The notes under the pieces were generated by a model. The model saw only the letters and a list, made by a program, of their open reading frames with translations. It made no database searches and was not told where the DNA came from. From assembly GCA_038087875.1 (NCBI GenBank), contig JAXLNO010000708.1, positions 1 through 64,000 on the forward strand: a DNA stretch of 64,000 nt, written 5' to 3'. Source of the DNA: Malacoraja senta (lineage: Eukaryota). Both the position numbers and the translations under genes were made by a program. Shown here piece by piece: positions 23,705-35,998 of the stretch (the first letter of the stretch is position 1; the number at the start of each line of letters is the position of its first letter).

Positions 23705-24769
23705 GTTACTTTGAATCCCTTCATCTAAATCATTGATGTATATTGTAAATAGCTGCGGTCCCAGCACCGAGCCTTGCAGTACTATTCTGAAAGGGGTCCG
23801 CTAATTCCTACACCTTGTTTCCTGTCTGCCAACCAATTTTCTATCCATGTCAGCACTCTACCACCAATACCATGTGCCCTAATTTTGACCACTAATCTCC
23901 TATGTGGGACCTTATCAAATGTTTTCTGAAAGTCCAGTTACATTACATCCACTAGCTCTCCCTTGTCCATTTTCCAACTTACATCCTCAAAAAATTCCAG
24001 ATGATTAGTCAAGCATGATTTCCCCATCGTAAATCCATGTTGAATCGGACCGATCCTGTTACTGCTATCCAAATGTGCCGTTATTTCATCTTTTATGATT
24101 GACTCCAGCATCTTCCCCACCACCGATGTCAGGCTAACTGGTCTATAATTCCCTGTATTCTCTCTCCCGCCTTTCTTAAAAAGCAGGATAACATTAGCTA
24201 CCCTCCAATCCACAGGAACTGATCCTGAATCTATAGATCATTGGAAAATGAACACCAATGTTTCCACGATTTCTAGAGCCACTTCCTTAAGTACCCTGGG
24301 ATGCAGGCCATCAGGCCCAGGGGATTTATTCAGTCCCATTTCGAATATGCAGAACTGGGGATACTCTAGGATTAAAGGGTTAAGTATTCTGTCTCCTGGA
24401 GATTATGGGATACCTCGTGGCATATTGAGGTTAAGTTTAGTTAAGTTTCGTTTTCCTTGCTGTGACATCATCATTCTTGTAAAACATGTGATGTTCGATG
24501 CTATTGTGATTGGCTAAGATGTATTATACTGTGTATGATTGTAATTGGGTAGAAAGATTGTCCCCACCTATATAACCATGTGATACTGTAGTTATTGGTC
24601 TAGAATTACTGCCCATTGTAAGTTACCTCCCACTTTATCAACCATATATATATGCTAATTCCTTTGTTTGAGCACATGTGTTTCTCTATGATCCATTGGG
24701 AGAGCTTCCCAGGGCGGTACAGAGAAACCTAGTCACTATGATGAAATCAAGGATGATTTAAAATAATAT

Positions 24770-25672
24770 AGACAATAGACAATAGGTGCAGGAGCAGGCC
24801 ATTCGGCCCTTCGAGCCAGCACTGCAATTCAATGTGATCATGGCTGATCATCCAAAATCAGTGCCCCGTTCCTGCCTTCTCCCCATATCCCCTGACTCCG
24901 CTATTTTTAAGAGCCCTATCTAGCTCTCTCTTGAAAGTATCCAGAGAACTGGCCTTCACCACCCTCTGAGGCAGAGAATTCCACAGACTCACAACTCTCT
25001 GTGAGAAAAAGTGTTTCCTCTTTAAATGGCTTACCCCTTATTCTTAAACTGTGGCCTCTGGTTCTGGACTCCCCCAACATCGGGAACATGTTTCCTGCCT
25101 CTAGCGTGTCCAACCCCTTAACAATCTTATATGTTTCAATAAGATTCCCTCTCATCCTTCTAAACTCCAGAGTGTACAAGCCCAGCCGCTCCATTCTCTC
25201 AGCATATGACAGTCCCGCCATCCCGGAAATTAACCTTGTAAACCTACGCTGCACTCCCTCAATAGCAAGAAGGTTCTTCCTCAAATTAGGGGACCAAAAC
25301 TGCACACAATACTCCAGGTGTGGTCTCACTAGGGCCCTGAACAACTGCAGAAGGACCTCTTTGCTCCTATACTCGACTCATCTTGATATAAAGGCCATCA
25401 TGCCATTCGCTTTCTTCACTGCCTGCTGTACCTGCATGCTTACTTTCGTAGACTGAAGAACAAGGACCCCCAGATCCCGTTGTACTTCCCCTTTTCCCAA
25501 CTTGACGCCATTTAGATGGTAATCTGCCTTCCTGTTTTTGATACCAAAGTGGATAACCTCACATTTATCCACATTAAACTTCATCTGCCATGCATCTGTC
25601 CACTCCCCCAACCTGTCCAAGTCACCCTGTATTTTCATAGCATCTTCCTCACAGTTCACACTGCCACCCAGC
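24770..25672 (-). mobile_element. CR1 3' fragment, same subfamily as 18687-19621
   Basis: ORFs 25378-25809 and 24916-25344; (TCTATTG)n tail. Confidence 0.92.
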
Positions 25673-26204
25673 TTCAAAACACCGGAGAATTGAGATGCTG
25701 AAGTCTTGAGCAAAAACAAAGTGCTGAAGGAATTCAGTAGGTCAGGAAGCATCTGTGAAGGGAGATTGACAGTCAATATGTGTAGAATTATTACAAACAT
25801 AGGGTGCAAAAGTACTTAAAAAAAAATTGAGGTTAGGTAAGGAGGAATGATAGTTGAAGAGTTGGTATGTCCCATTTACGTAATGCTCATAAAAATATTT
25901 GTTTCTCTCTTTTTCCTCTTTCTCTCTCTCTTTCTTTCCTAGGGTCTATTTCTTAAATCTTTTTCTTTTGTTTTTAATTTTGCTCTTATAGGGTCTTCGT
26001 CCTTTTTTGTTGTCACATTTCCTACACTTTCACTTTTTCCTTCACTTTCTTCTTTCTTTCAATCTTTTCCTTTTCTAGTGTAAAAAATAAATGGAGTACA
26101 TTAATTGTAAGAAGATATAAATGCCAAGTACTAATGTATGTGGTTGTAATGTAATGTACTTCTAATAAAATAAAAATTAAAAAATAAAAATAAAAATAAA
26201 AATA

Positions 26205-26640
26205 TGTGTAGGAAAGAACTGCAGATGCTGGTTTAAATTGAAGGTAGGCACAAAATACTGGAGTAACTCAGCGGGTCAGGCAGCATCTCTCCAGAGATCC
26301 TTCTTCAGACTGAAGCAGGGGGAGATAGTTTCTAGAAAGAAGTGATGGGAATAATGAGAATGGGCAAAGAGCAGGAGAACCACAGGAATTACAGAGGGGG
26401 AGAAGTGAGAGAGTGCTCACTGAACTCTTGTCGGAGAGAGAACTTCTAAGCGGATAAATCCTTCCCCCCACCTGACATCTCCACCCTTCTTTCCCCCACT
26501 TGATGCATCTGACAATCAACTGCTCCTCATCTGTATCCACTTATCACTTGCTGGCTCTTTCCCCACTCCTTTTTAATCAGCTTCCTCACTTCTAATCCAT
26601 TAGTCTGAAGAAAGGCCCTGACTGCAGTTCTTTGACTTCC
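26205..26640. mobile_element. inverted Penelope-type terminal repeat fragments
   Basis: GTAGGAAAGAACTGCAGATGCTGG...CTTCTTCAGACTGA and TCTGAAGAAAGG motifs. Confidence 0.55.
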
Positions 26641-26649
26641 ATGGGAATG

Positions 26650-27320
26650 GCAGTGAAGAAAGCAAATGGTATGTTAGCGTTCATAGCAAAATGATTTGAG
26701 TATAAGAGCAGGGAGGTTCTACTGCCGTTGTACAGGGTCTTGGTGAGACCACACCTGGAGTATTGCGTACAGATTTGGTCTCCTAATCTGAGGAAAGACA
26801 TTCTTGCCATAGAGGGAGTACGGAGAAGGTTCACCAGACTGATTCCTGGGATGGCAGGACTTTCATATGAGGAAAGACTGGATAGACTCGGCTTGTACAC
26901 GTTGGAATTCAGAAGACTGAGGGGGATCTTATAGAAACTTACCAAATTCTTAAGGGGTTGGACAGGCTAGATGCAGGAAGATTATTCCCGATGTTGGGGA
27001 AGTCCAGAACTAGGGGTTACAGTTTAAGGATAAGAGGGAAGACATTTAGGACCGAGATGAGGAAATCATTTTTTACACAGAGAGTGGTGAATCTGTGGAA
27101 TTCTCTGCCACAGAAGGTAGTTGAGGCCAGTTCATTGTCTATATTTAAGAGGGAGTTAGATGTGGCCCTTGTGGCTAAAGGGATCAGGGGGTATGGAGAG
27201 AAGGCAGGGATGGGATACTGAGTTGGATGATCAGCCATGATCATATCAAATGGCGGTGCAGGCTCAATGGGCCGAATGGCCTACTCCTGCACCTATTTTC
27301 TATGTTTCTATGTTTCTATG
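26650..27320 (+). mobile_element. CR1 3' fragment, same subfamily as 170-862
   Basis: YRVLVRPHLEYCVQIWSP...; (TTCTATGT)n tail. Confidence 0.92.
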
Positions 27321-27445
27321 TAAATGTGGACATCTTCTTAATATTGTTCATATTTAGCTTTCAGCAAAAAAAAACATAATCTCTGCATTTCATTTCAGTG
27401 ACATTTAACTGCTTGTCTCATGGCAAAGAAATCCAGCTGTTCTGT

Positions 27446-28090
27446 TAATCAATCACAATCACAATCACAATAATACTTTATTAGCCAAGTATGTTTTGCA
27501 ACATACGAGGAATTTCATTTGCCAAGTCAGTCATACAAATAAAAAACAACGGAACACACAAAATACATTTTAACATAAACATCCACCAAAGTGACTCCTC
27601 CACATTCCTCACTGGCGAAAAAAAAGTTCAAACCTCTTCCCCTCTTTGCTCTCCCGCGGTCGGGGGCCTCGAGCCCTCCATTGACGGGACGATCTTGACT
27701 TCCGTAGCCGGCGGGGTTTGGGCCCTCTGCATCGGGGCGATCTGCTCCTGCATCGGGGGGTGTCAGTTCCCTGCGCCAGGCGATCGAACCCCTCGTCGGG
27801 GCTGGTCGAACCTCCCGCGACGTTGGAGCTCCCGACTAACCTCTCCCAAGACTGTGAACTCCTGATGTAAAGTCCGCAGGCCACGGTAGGAGCGATCCCA
27901 GGCAAGGTATCGACTCCAATGTTAAGTCCACACCCCGTGGTGGGGCTCAAGTCAGTCCGAGGAGGCCTCCAGCTCCATCGAAGGTAGGCCGCAGAGCGAC
28001 CGGAGATGCAATCCGGAAAATAATCACATCACCGGCAAGATAAGTAACTGAAAAAAGTTTCCCTGACCCCTTCCCCCACGCCCCCACATA
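27446..28090 (-). mobile_element. non-coding GC-rich retroposon with Rex1-like 3' tail
   Basis: Minus-strand end ...GTATGACTGAC...AAATTCCTCG...AATAAAG...(GTGATT)n resembles the ends of 33259-34333 and 8010-8585. Confidence 0.55.
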
Positions 28091-29907
28091 GACCAAAGCC
28101 GAAAATAATATGAAGTGATATATGATGCCAATCTAATGAGTGCCATCTGCCTATACCAGGTCTGTATCGCTCTATACCTTGCTGTTCATGTGTCTGTCTA
28201 AATGCTTCTTAAATCACATCAAACAATAAAAATAAAGACTGATACCATAAATATTCTACCTTACATGAGTACATGAGGAGGTTGTGAGGATCGGTCGAAT
28301 CTGAGTATCCTGTCCAAGGGATATAGAGAAAGGGAGACATTCAGTCACCTGTCACAGGTATTAGTGCTCAGTCACCATAAGATCATATGTTAGTAGAATT
28401 AGGCCATTCGGCCCATCGTCTACTCTGCCATTCAATCATGGCTGATCTATCTCTCTCTCCTAATCCCATTCTCCTGCCTTCTCCCCATAACCTCTGACAC
28501 CCATGCTAATCAGGAATCTACCTATATTTAATCTATCTATAATTGTCATAATGACAATTGCAGCAGGGAAGAAAATCTATCTATATTAGTTTATTGCACC
28601 ATTCTTACCATTTCAACACCAAATATATTTTTTATCTCAGATCTTCACATGTGCAATAGCAGGTAGCAGTTCTGCTAGTTTTTCGGAAGAGCTCGTCCTT
28701 TCTGAAGCTGCAACACCAGGGATCTCATGTATACCATGCAGTAGCTCAGAAATGTGCTTTTTGATGAGAACAGATAGAATTTTACTTGGATATTCACCTG
28801 AAGATTCATAAGTGAGTGTAAACTGCCATTGCTGTTGGATGGCTATAATGAGTCCTTGTCAGGATGTGTAGCTATCTCCAAGTTCTTCTCCACTGGGCAG
28901 AAATACAAATAAACAAGAAAGTTTTCTGAATACATTGATTGTGATTGAAGAGAAAATAGATGAGTGAGTTAAACATGTTGGTTAACATTGCTGGACAATC
29001 AAATGAATCTATGCATGACTTCACCACAGCTGTGCACAGCATGTTTGCTAATAAATCCATCAACATCTATAAGATGTTAAATGTCACATCATCGGCCTTA
29101 CTGTGCTGCATGGATCTGCATCCGTGTTCTTGCCAGCTAGATTAGTTGTGGTGATATTCAGCTGAGCCATAAATGGGATGATGGCAAAGGAGTAATGGAA
29201 GCACAGGCTTTCAATTCTCATCTATTGTTCCAAACCTTAGTCAGCATTTGACATACTGCCTCATCTCTAGATTACTGGCCCTGACCTTACATGGTAGGAA
29301 CAACCTTTAGCAATGTCCATGCTGGGTCTAAAATGCAAAGTTCATCAGCTTAGAGTTTCTGATATTCAGAGAAGGGACCTGAGAATCTTTTGTACAATTG
29401 GTGTGCAGAAAATGTAATTGAAAGTTTCTACTGAGTTGTCAAAGAACATAAATTATATTGTCCATTTGTGGTTGCTGGTTTGCAATTGGCTTATAATATT
29501 CTTTATAATGAATAGGATGACATACATGGCTGTGGCAAAATGGAGATTATGCAATTAATGGTAGGTCAATTGAAGGAGTAATGATGGATGATTGAGAAAG
29601 GGGCACATTCAGAATATATCGTGCCCTTCAGTGATTATTGCAGTGCTCAAGCTGGAAAACATTAACTCACCTGAGCTGGGGAAGTGGTAATCAGTGGTTT
29701 CCTTCTCTATACCAACCTGATGATGTGGAATCATGCATCATGAAATTGATGTTGGGAACTTCCAGAGCTGTACCTTCTCAACTCTATTCCACCTTGCCAC
29801 TATCTCTGATTTGTCTGGCTACCAATGTAATATGATGGACCAGGAGATGGCGATGGAGGGTCTGGAACCCTGACTGAAAATTATGTTCTATGAGTTGACC
29901 AGTTTAA

Positions 29908-31754
29908 AGGTCTGTCTCACTGTGCGAGTTGACCCACGAGTGACCCCGAGTGAAAGACTCGTGGTTGCGTACGATACTACAAGTTTATGATCCAGAGTTT
30001 AACCGAGTTCCCACGGGTATGTCTACGTTTCCCGTTTACTTCTCATTTCTGCGATGTTCCAAGTTCGTCTCCCGAGTGTACCAAGTTGCTCTCCCGTTAA
30101 TCTTGAGGCAACAATGTATATCGAAGTGTTGAAAAATCATCACATGTTCAAAAAATGATGTCATGCCAGCCAAAGAACGTAGAGACTATTGTGTTTGCTG
30201 CATGTGTTCTGCACAACCTGATCCGTATCAGAGGTGCAGCTTCAGGATCAGCAACAGCCATGCAGGACGGTGACTTAGTGGACAGTCAAACAGGGAGAAT
30301 AACACTAGGTGCGTGGAGGAGTGGTACAAACGACGAGACTTTGGTGCCACTGCAGTGTTTTCGAGGTAACACGGGGACCAACAGTGCAAAAGAGCAGAGA
30401 GACCATCTCTGCTCCTACTATAATTCAGAATTGGGCAGTGTGCCGTGGCAGGACAGCTTATTTTGAGTGGCTGCCGACCACAGGTACATCACCTCATGAG
30501 GAGAGCCCACATGCAGAAAAATCCAGTTAATTTCATGTTTAGTTTAAATCCTGCTGACTTTTCTTTGTTTAACTTTAAGTGTGGATTTTATTTTTTATTG
30601 TGGTGTAAAAGTAATTTCATTGCATCTGTCTTTCCTTTAAAACGTGGTTATCATGCATCTGCTTATCTGATTGTAGATCTCCAAACTTGTCATTTAGCGC
30701 ATTGCATTGTATCTTTTATTGCCTGAATTTAGACTAGTGCATTTCTCAGCTGAATTAGTATATAGTGGAAATACTTTTATTTGTGCTTCATTTGTTGATT
30801 TTCATGTATGAGAAGCCCTTTTTTAGACCACTGTGTTGTTTGCTGTGGTGCTTCACCGTGATATGGGTTTGCAGGAAATTACGCATATTTCTCAATATGC
30901 GCAAAAAAGCGTTTTTTATATTGAACAAGAATAAAGACTTTGTTTCACATTCAAGACATTTGTTTCACATAAGACTTTGTCTTATTTTCTGATCTACTGA
31001 GAGGTGACAATTTTAAACATTTAAAAAGCACAGCATATGAGGCAGCTGTCCTTAAATCTCACAAATGATTGTGAGAATCAAGATGTGAATATATTTTGCC
31101 TTCCTCTATTTTGTGTTTTATGATGAAAGGAATATTACATTCAAGTCATGAGACTTTGTAGTGATATTAAAATGAAGACTTCCAGGCATCAATTTGATCT
31201 TGATAGCAAATAACTCTCTTTTATTGTGCAATGAAGTAAACAAACAGTGAGAATCAAACGGATCTGCAAGAAGCTTTTCAACACAACACAACACAACACA
31301 AATTTATATATAAACTTCAAGCAATTTTTTTCTTTTCAACCCACTCTGTCACCTTATCAATAACTTGCTTAACTTTGTTAAGCAGAATTTGTCTTTAAAA
31401 AGTCTAAGTAGCTGATATTTCTGTCCCTGATTATTGTTTCTAAAAAGAGTTCCCACGGTAGACTCACGAGTCACAAAGTTAAACGCACGGGCCACTAGGT
31501 TCTTACAACGAGTTTAAAATGTTTCAAATTTTAACCTCAAGAGTACATTTTACTCGTGGAAAAGTACAAACATGTTTGAACTTTTGCAAGAGTTAACAAG
31601 TTTCACGTGTACCTCCCGTTAGCGCCAAGAGTCGCTAAGTTGCGTCCACGAGTTTCAAAGTTCCCGCTACGTTAATTGTACGTGATTACCACGAGTTAAA
31701 TTTGTTTTAAACTCGGGGTCACTCGTGGGTCAACTCGCACAGTGAGACAGCCCT
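29908..31754 (+). mobile_element. PIF/Harbinger deletion derivative
   Basis: 44-bp TIRs AGG(T/G)CTGTCTCACTGTGCGAGTTGACCCACGAGTGACCCCGAGT; TTAA on both flanks; retains the transposase C-terminus. Confidence 0.88.
30155..30466 (+). pseudogene. Harbinger (HARBI1-like) transposase C-terminal fragment
   Basis: PKNVETIVFAACVLHNL...AKEQRDHLCSYYNSELGSVPWQ. Confidence 0.82.
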
Positions 31755-33258
31755 TTAAGATGAGAATTATTGCACAGGTTTAGAATTAATAGCTGACCTA
31801 TTCGGTAGAGTGACTTGGTTAAACAGCAATTCACTGTAGCAGGCACTGTGTGATAACTGGATCTGATTCAATTTTCTTGCCATACTTCATCTTTGGCTGT
31901 TGCACAGAATCGAGTCTGAGTTATTTCCACTCCAAATTCTGTGAGTGCTGAAGTGGCTGATGAGGCCAGTGTGGGACCTGGTCACTATCACAGATGAGGC
32001 ACTTAAAGGGCTGAAGAGGAGGGCAATTTAGGTGATGGCAGACTCCTTTCCCTATTTCAGCATGGTTTCTATATGACTCCAAGTCGTCTGACAAGAGCAT
32101 TTGAACAGTCATAAACCTATGAATTAATAGAAGTATTACAATTTTTTTGAGCTTTTGAGTGCAGCCTTGTATTATTTTTTTGTCCACCTATTCGTCATTG
32201 GCCTTGACTGCGGTCTGTCCATTACGTCAGCTAAGTGTAAGAAAACCATTGATGCCAGAATGTTAATTTAGGAATATGACACTTACGTTACTTAGCTCAC
32301 CCTGTCAGTGGATTTAAAATACTTTGTAGAGAAATTGTTGATAGTACTTTTGTAGTTTTCTGAGGTACCGGTTCCAGGCAATCCATGTATCTGAAGCAGA
32401 CAGAGAAGGGAATAATCACTAATACCTAGCAGACCATGAGTTGTTTACTGTGTTTAATTACTTACTTTTCAAGTCATCTTTTCAATGGCCATAACCAACA
32501 CTAGCAGGCAAAAGACACACCTAACTTTTTTTTTATCATCAATACATTAATAGGAAGCTCCCAAGATATGAGAAGATAATGCTTTCTATAAAATAGCCAT
32601 GGATTTTAATTGGTGGTGCAGTGCTGTGTAGAGTGGGGTGAGCAAAAGGACAGCTTGGTAAAGGCCCTTTGTGTTGTGAATGTTTAATGCAAAGTTCATG
32701 TTTTTGTATTCTCTAGTGAAGGAGTTGACGATAGCTTTGAGTTTGTCCATAAGTGTGCACATACTAAAGTTCAGCATTAGGAGATTATATAATTTAGTAA
32801 AAAAAAATAAAGACAAAGGAGACGGTAGCTGCTGGTATCTGGAACATCCAGTCCAGATGAAGGGTCTCAACTTAAAATGTTAATTGCCCATTTCCTTTCA
32901 CAGATGCTGCCTGATTGCCGAGTTCCTCCAGCAGCTCATTTTTTTGCTTAAAGTGAAAGATTCATATTTTGCTTAACAATTATTTGTTATATCTTTTCAT
33001 GCTTCCACTTCGTGCTTCAGAGAAGCATCAATCCATTATAGCAGCCAACGTATTTCAACAGGTTTAGGCCATTTTTGCCAACTTTGACTTCTTACAGCCT
33101 ACTTTGAAAACTGGCTACAATGCAAGTGAATTTGTAGCTCATCTGACCCAGATCAATAAGTTAAAATTCATTTCTGTCTTTTCAATAAACCTTGAAAATG
33201 TTTCACAGTAGGATACACTTATAATTTATTCCAGTATACAGTGCATTCACAAAGTATT

Positions 33259-34333
33259 GTGAATGGGTGGGCGGCGCGACTCACGTCGCAGCGGCCTCTG
33301 CAGTCCGTCTGTCTTTTTTATTTTTTTTGTTTCGTTTGAGTTTTGTTTATAGTGGTTTTTTAACTGGGTATGTGTGGGGGGCGGGGGGCGGGGGGCGGGG
33401 GACTTTTAAAATCTTTTCCCTGCACGGGAGACCAGACCTTTCTCTGTCGGGTCTCCGTTGTTGTTGGGGCCTAGCACCGTGGAGCGGCCTCCAACCGGAA
33501 CGACCTGGGGCTCCAATCATGGAGCCGGCGGACTTACTCATCATCGCGGAGCTGGCCGAGTTCGGAACAGGAGGAGCTGTGGTGGCGCGCGGCTGCGGCC
33601 CGACCCGGGAGATTCGGAGGCTCCAGCCGCCGGCCCGGTGGACGGTGACATCAGGAGCTCTGGTGGAAGACCGCTTTTCGGGGATCCCGCAACGGCGACT
33701 TCTCCCGCCCGAGTTGCGGGGTTGAAGATGACCTGGAGCGGGGTCTTACATCGCCCGGCGCGGCTTTAAATGGCCGCTGGACTTGCTAGCGCCCGCCGGG
33801 GGCTCCAACATCAAGACCCGGAGCGCGGCCTTGCATCGCCCGGCGCGGCTTTAATGGCCGCGGGACATATTTACCATCGCCCGCCAGGGGTTTTGACTTT
33901 GACATCGGGAGGAGAATATGGAGTGCAGGGGAGGGATAAGACTTTGCCTTCCATCACAGTGAGGAGGAGATTCACTGTGATGGATGTTTGTGTAAATTGT
34001 GTTGTGTCTTGGTTCTTTTTACTTGTTTGTATGACTGCAGAAACCAAATTTCGTTTGAACTTCATTTACATAGATACATAGAAAATAGGTGCAGGAGTAG
34101 GCCATTTGGCCCTTCGAGCCTGCACCGCCATTCAATATGATTATGGCTGATCATCCAACTCAGTATCCCGTACCTGCCTTCTCTCCATACCCCCTGATCC
34201 CTCTAGCCACAAGGGCCACATCTAACTCCCTCTTAAATATAGCCAATGAACTGGCCTCAACTACCCTCTGTGGCAGAGAGTTCCAGAGGTTCAAATGACA
34301 ATAAACGGTATTGTATTGTATTGTATTGTATTG
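33259..34333 (+). mobile_element. GC-rich non-coding retroposon with (TATTG)n tail inside the Tc1 left TIR; itself carries a CR1 3' end (about 34070-34292, minus strand)
   Basis: Ends AATGACAATAAACGG(TATTG)n; Tc1 sequence resumes at AGACCTC. Confidence 0.7.
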
Positions 34334-34521
34334 AGACCTCTTCACTTTTTGTTACATTACAGCCTTATTTTAAAATAGATTAAATTCTTTTTTTTAATCA
34401 TCAATCTACACATAATACCCCAGAATGAAGAAGCATAAACAGGTGTTTAGAAATATTTGCAAAGTAATTAAAAAGAAATAACTTAAATATCACATTTGCA
34501 TTAGTATTCAGACCCTTTACT

Positions 34522-34637
34522 TCTTCTTCTTTCGTGTGGCGTGCACAGCCTAAAGTTGTAGGACAACTTGTTCTATTTGATCTTCTGTGCACGTCGAGTT
34601 GATTGCATTAGTCGAAACAGGTTGCAATCTTCCACCC
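34522..34637 (-). mobile_element. 116-bp retroposed insert with (GAA)n tail and 13-bp TSD
   Basis: CAGACCCTTTACT at 34509-34521 and 34638-34650. Confidence 0.8.
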
Positions 34638-34802
34638 CAGACCCTTTACTATGACACTCAAAATTGAGCTTAGGTTCATCCTGTTTCCATTGATTATCAT
34701 TGAGATGTTTCTACAACTTGATTGGAGTCCACCAGTGGTAAATTAAATTGATTGGACATGATTTGGAACAGCACATACCTGTCTATATAAGGTACCACAA
34801 TT

Positions 34803-35998
34803 GTGGTGGGTGAGAAGACTTTTTATGTAGGTAGGGGCAAGCCCATTGAGGGCTTTGTAGACATGGAGGAGGATCTTGAAGTTTATACGGAACCACACAG
34901 GGAGCCAGTGGAGAGAGGCCAGGATCGGGGTGATGTGGTCCCTTTTTCGGGTGCCCGTCAGGAGTCTCGCTGCGGCGTTTTGGACCAGTTGCAGGCGGGA
35001 CAGGGAAGATTGGCTGATGCCAGTGTAAAGGGAGTTGAAGTAATCTAGGCGGGAGGAGATGAATGTGTGGATGATCTTTTCCAGGTCATCAAACTGGAGG
35101 AATTGCTTTATTTTAGCTATTGTCCGAAGCTGAAAGAAGCTAGCTTTTACCACGGCATTGACTTGTTTTTCAAATTTCAGTGCTGAGTCAAATATCACGC
35201 CAAGGTTTTTGACGTGAGATTTGAGTAGTGGGGTAAGGCTTCCAAGGCTGCCTACTATCATTTTGATTGAGTCCGAGGGACCGAGAAGGATGACCTCAGA
35301 CTTACTCTCGTTTAGTTGGAGGAAGTTCTGAGCCATCCAACACTTTATACCCTCAAGGCAGCGGATAAGGTTAAGCAGATTTGATTGGTTTTTGGGCTTC
35401 AGGGGGAGATAGTTGTGTATCATCTGCGTAGCAATGGAAGGAAATGCCGTGCCTTTCAATGACGGCCTAAGGGGAGCATATACAGGGAGAAGAGAATGGG
35501 GCCAAGGATGGAACCTTGTGGAACCCCACAGCAGAGATTAGCTGGGGAGGAGAAAGAGTTGCTATGTTAGTCGAGAAACTCCTACCTTTGAGGTAGATGA
35601 ACCAGCTCAGGGCAGTGCCATCAATACCAACCCCATACCGGAGACGGTCAATTAGGATGGTGTGGTCGACAGTATCAAATGCTGCGCTGAGGTCAAGAAG
35701 GAGCAGAATTGCACAGTCACCGGAGTCAACGGTGAGCAGTAGGTCATTGTGTACCTTCAACAAGGCAGACTCTGTGCTATGGTGAGCCCTGAAACCTGAT
35801 TGGAAAGTTTCCAAGATAGTGTTTTGGTGAAGGTAAGGTATAAGTTGACCTAAAATTACCTTTTCAAGGGTTTTTGAGAGGAAAGGCAGTTTAGAAATGG
35901 GTCTGCAGTTGCTTGGCAAGGTGGGGTCGAGGTTAGGTTTTTTCAGCAGTGGTTGGACCACCGCATGCTTGAAGCAGGTAGGTACAGTGCCAGTGGCC
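34803..35998 (-). mobile_element. L2-clade LINE RT internal fragment replacing the Tc1 transposase
   Basis: FKHAVVQPLLKKP...QSGFRAHHSTESALLKV...LLDLSAAFDTVDH and SRLDYFNSL...LQLVQNAAARLL...LHWLP. Confidence 0.9.

Larger units (their letters stand above)
18687..24328 (-). mobile_element. CR1 LINE ORF2/3' fragment split by the LTR insertion
   Basis: ORFs 23938-24213, 23543-23767 (IYINDLDEGIQSN) and 18768-19529; RT motif DEGIQSN|ISKFVDD is restored by removing 19622-23709. Confidence 0.93.

Noticed and set aside
24330..24765. Possible solo LTR fragment between two CR1 pieces
   Set aside because: LTR-like composition, but no TG...CA ends or TSD could be fixed.
25800..26205. Possible L1-type 3' UTR with A-rich tail
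   Set aside because: Only low-complexity T-rich and A-rich sequence; no coding remnant to support a call.
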